Shown one piece after another: positions 63,299 to 64,000 of a stretch of DNA of 64,000 bases (positions are counted from its first letter, which is position 1; every line of letters starts with the position of its first letter). The stretch spans positions 266,143 to 330,142 of the forward strand of contig JACJZT010000003.1 in NCBI GenBank assembly GCA_020635455.1, given 5' to 3'. Position numbers and translations under genes: made by a program. The notes below the pieces were generated by a model. That model saw only the letters and a program-made list of their open reading frames with translations. It ran no database searches and was not told the DNA's origin. This DNA is from Flavobacteriales bacterium. GTDB lineage: Bacteria > Bacteroidota > Bacteroidia > NS11-12g > UBA9320.

Positions 63299-64000
63299 AT
63301 GATAAGTGTTGTTGTACCGATCTATAATGAGGAAACGAATATATCCGCCCTTTTGGAACGATTGCGTGTTTCTTTGGATAAGACGGGTGAGAAATATGAG
63401 GTCATTTATGTGAATGATGGCAGTAAGGACCGTTCGATGGAGCTAATACGGGAACTGTCTGCAAAACACAACTTTGTTAAATACATAAATTTCAGCAGAA
63501 ATTTCGGACATCAGATTGCTGTTTCGGCAGGTTTGGATAAGTGTAAAGGTGAACAAATCGTGATCATTGATGCCGATGGGCAGGACCCTCCGGAACTCAT
63601 ACCGGCCCTTTTCAATAAAATGAAAGAAGGTTTTGAGATCGTTTACGCAAAAAGAAGGTCACGAAACGGTGAAACTCTGCTCAAGAAGGCAACTGCCAAA
63701 TGGTTTTACAAATTTCTTTCCAGGATCACATCCATAGAAATTCCGCTTGACACCGGTGATTTCAGGATACTTCACCGAAAAGTTGCTGAACAGGTTAAGC
63801 GAATGCCCGAAAAACAAAAATTTTTGCGAGGTCAAATGGCCTGGGTCGGTTTCAGACAAACCTTTCTTGAATACGATCGAGATGAAAGAATGAGCGGACA
63901 GACCGGTTACACTTTCAGAAAAATGTTGAGACTGGCCATGGATGGAATAACTTCCTTTTCGAACCTTCCACTCAGAATTGCAACCATTTCAGGTTTTGTT
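63299..64000 (+). CDS. Family 2 glycosyltransferase (polyprenol-phosphate sugar transferase, ArnC/DPM1-like); 3' end beyond the window
   Basis: MISVVVPIYNEETNI...YVNDGSKD...IIDADGQDPPE. DxD and GT-A fold motifs. No stop codon before the window end. Confidence 0.8.
   Translation, partial: MISVVVPIYNEETNISALLERLRVSLDKTGEKYEVIYVNDGSKDRSMELIRELSAKHNFVKYINFSRNFGHQIAVSAGLDKCKGEQIVIIDADGQDPPELIPALFNKMKEGFEIVYAKRRSRNGETLLKKATAKWFYKFLSRITSIEIPLDTGDFRILHRKVAEQVKRMPEKQKFLRGQMAWVGFRQTFLEYDRDERMSGQTGYTFRKMLRLAMDGITSFSNLPLRIATISGFV

Noticed and set aside
1-64000. CRISPR arrays
   Set aside because: No series of regularly spaced identical direct repeats was seen anywhere in the window.

Overview
The window is a low-GC Bacteroidetes chromosome segment. 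The phylum call rests on TAnnTTTG -7 promoter boxes, T9SS C-terminal sorting domains, and the rpmB-rpmG-DUF4295 and parA-parB-DUF5683 gene orders. Most of the window is housekeeping: rimO, ftsY, rpmB/rpmG, argS, leuS, serS, ligA, dapA, parAB, rhlE, fdhD, and a TetR-controlled fatty-acid beta-oxidation operon. The accessory part is a roughly 15-kb AT-rich island at about 26.7-41.7 kb, directly downstream of the acyl-CoA dehydrogenase gene. It encodes an Rhs/YD-repeat polymorphic toxin gene followed by six orphan Rhs C-terminal toxin cassettes. All six begin at the conserved core motif YxxYGSVMEGRSW...YRFGFNGKE...RIYDPRLxRFLSVDP, and each is tightly coupled to a downstream candidate immunity gene. 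The cassettes form two convergent arrays. Predicted toxin activities include an HNH-fold nuclease (HHH signature), a SleB-like cell-wall hydrolase and a Tlde1/L,D-transpeptidase-like domain, with periplasmic lipoprotein immunity partners for the last two. One cassette is split by an IS4-family insertion with a 7-bp target-site duplication. Two inverted copies of a roughly 225-bp conserved leader element, each with a promoter box and tandem half-sites, sit in front of two orphan cassettes. A truncated tyrosine integrase and an IS21-type transposase fragment mark island edges. Outside the island, a Kazal-type inhibitor and a cupredoxin both carry T9SS sorting domains, and there is a class II Fic protein, a 1240-aa orphan sensor kinase, and a recurring leaderless-promoter geometry.
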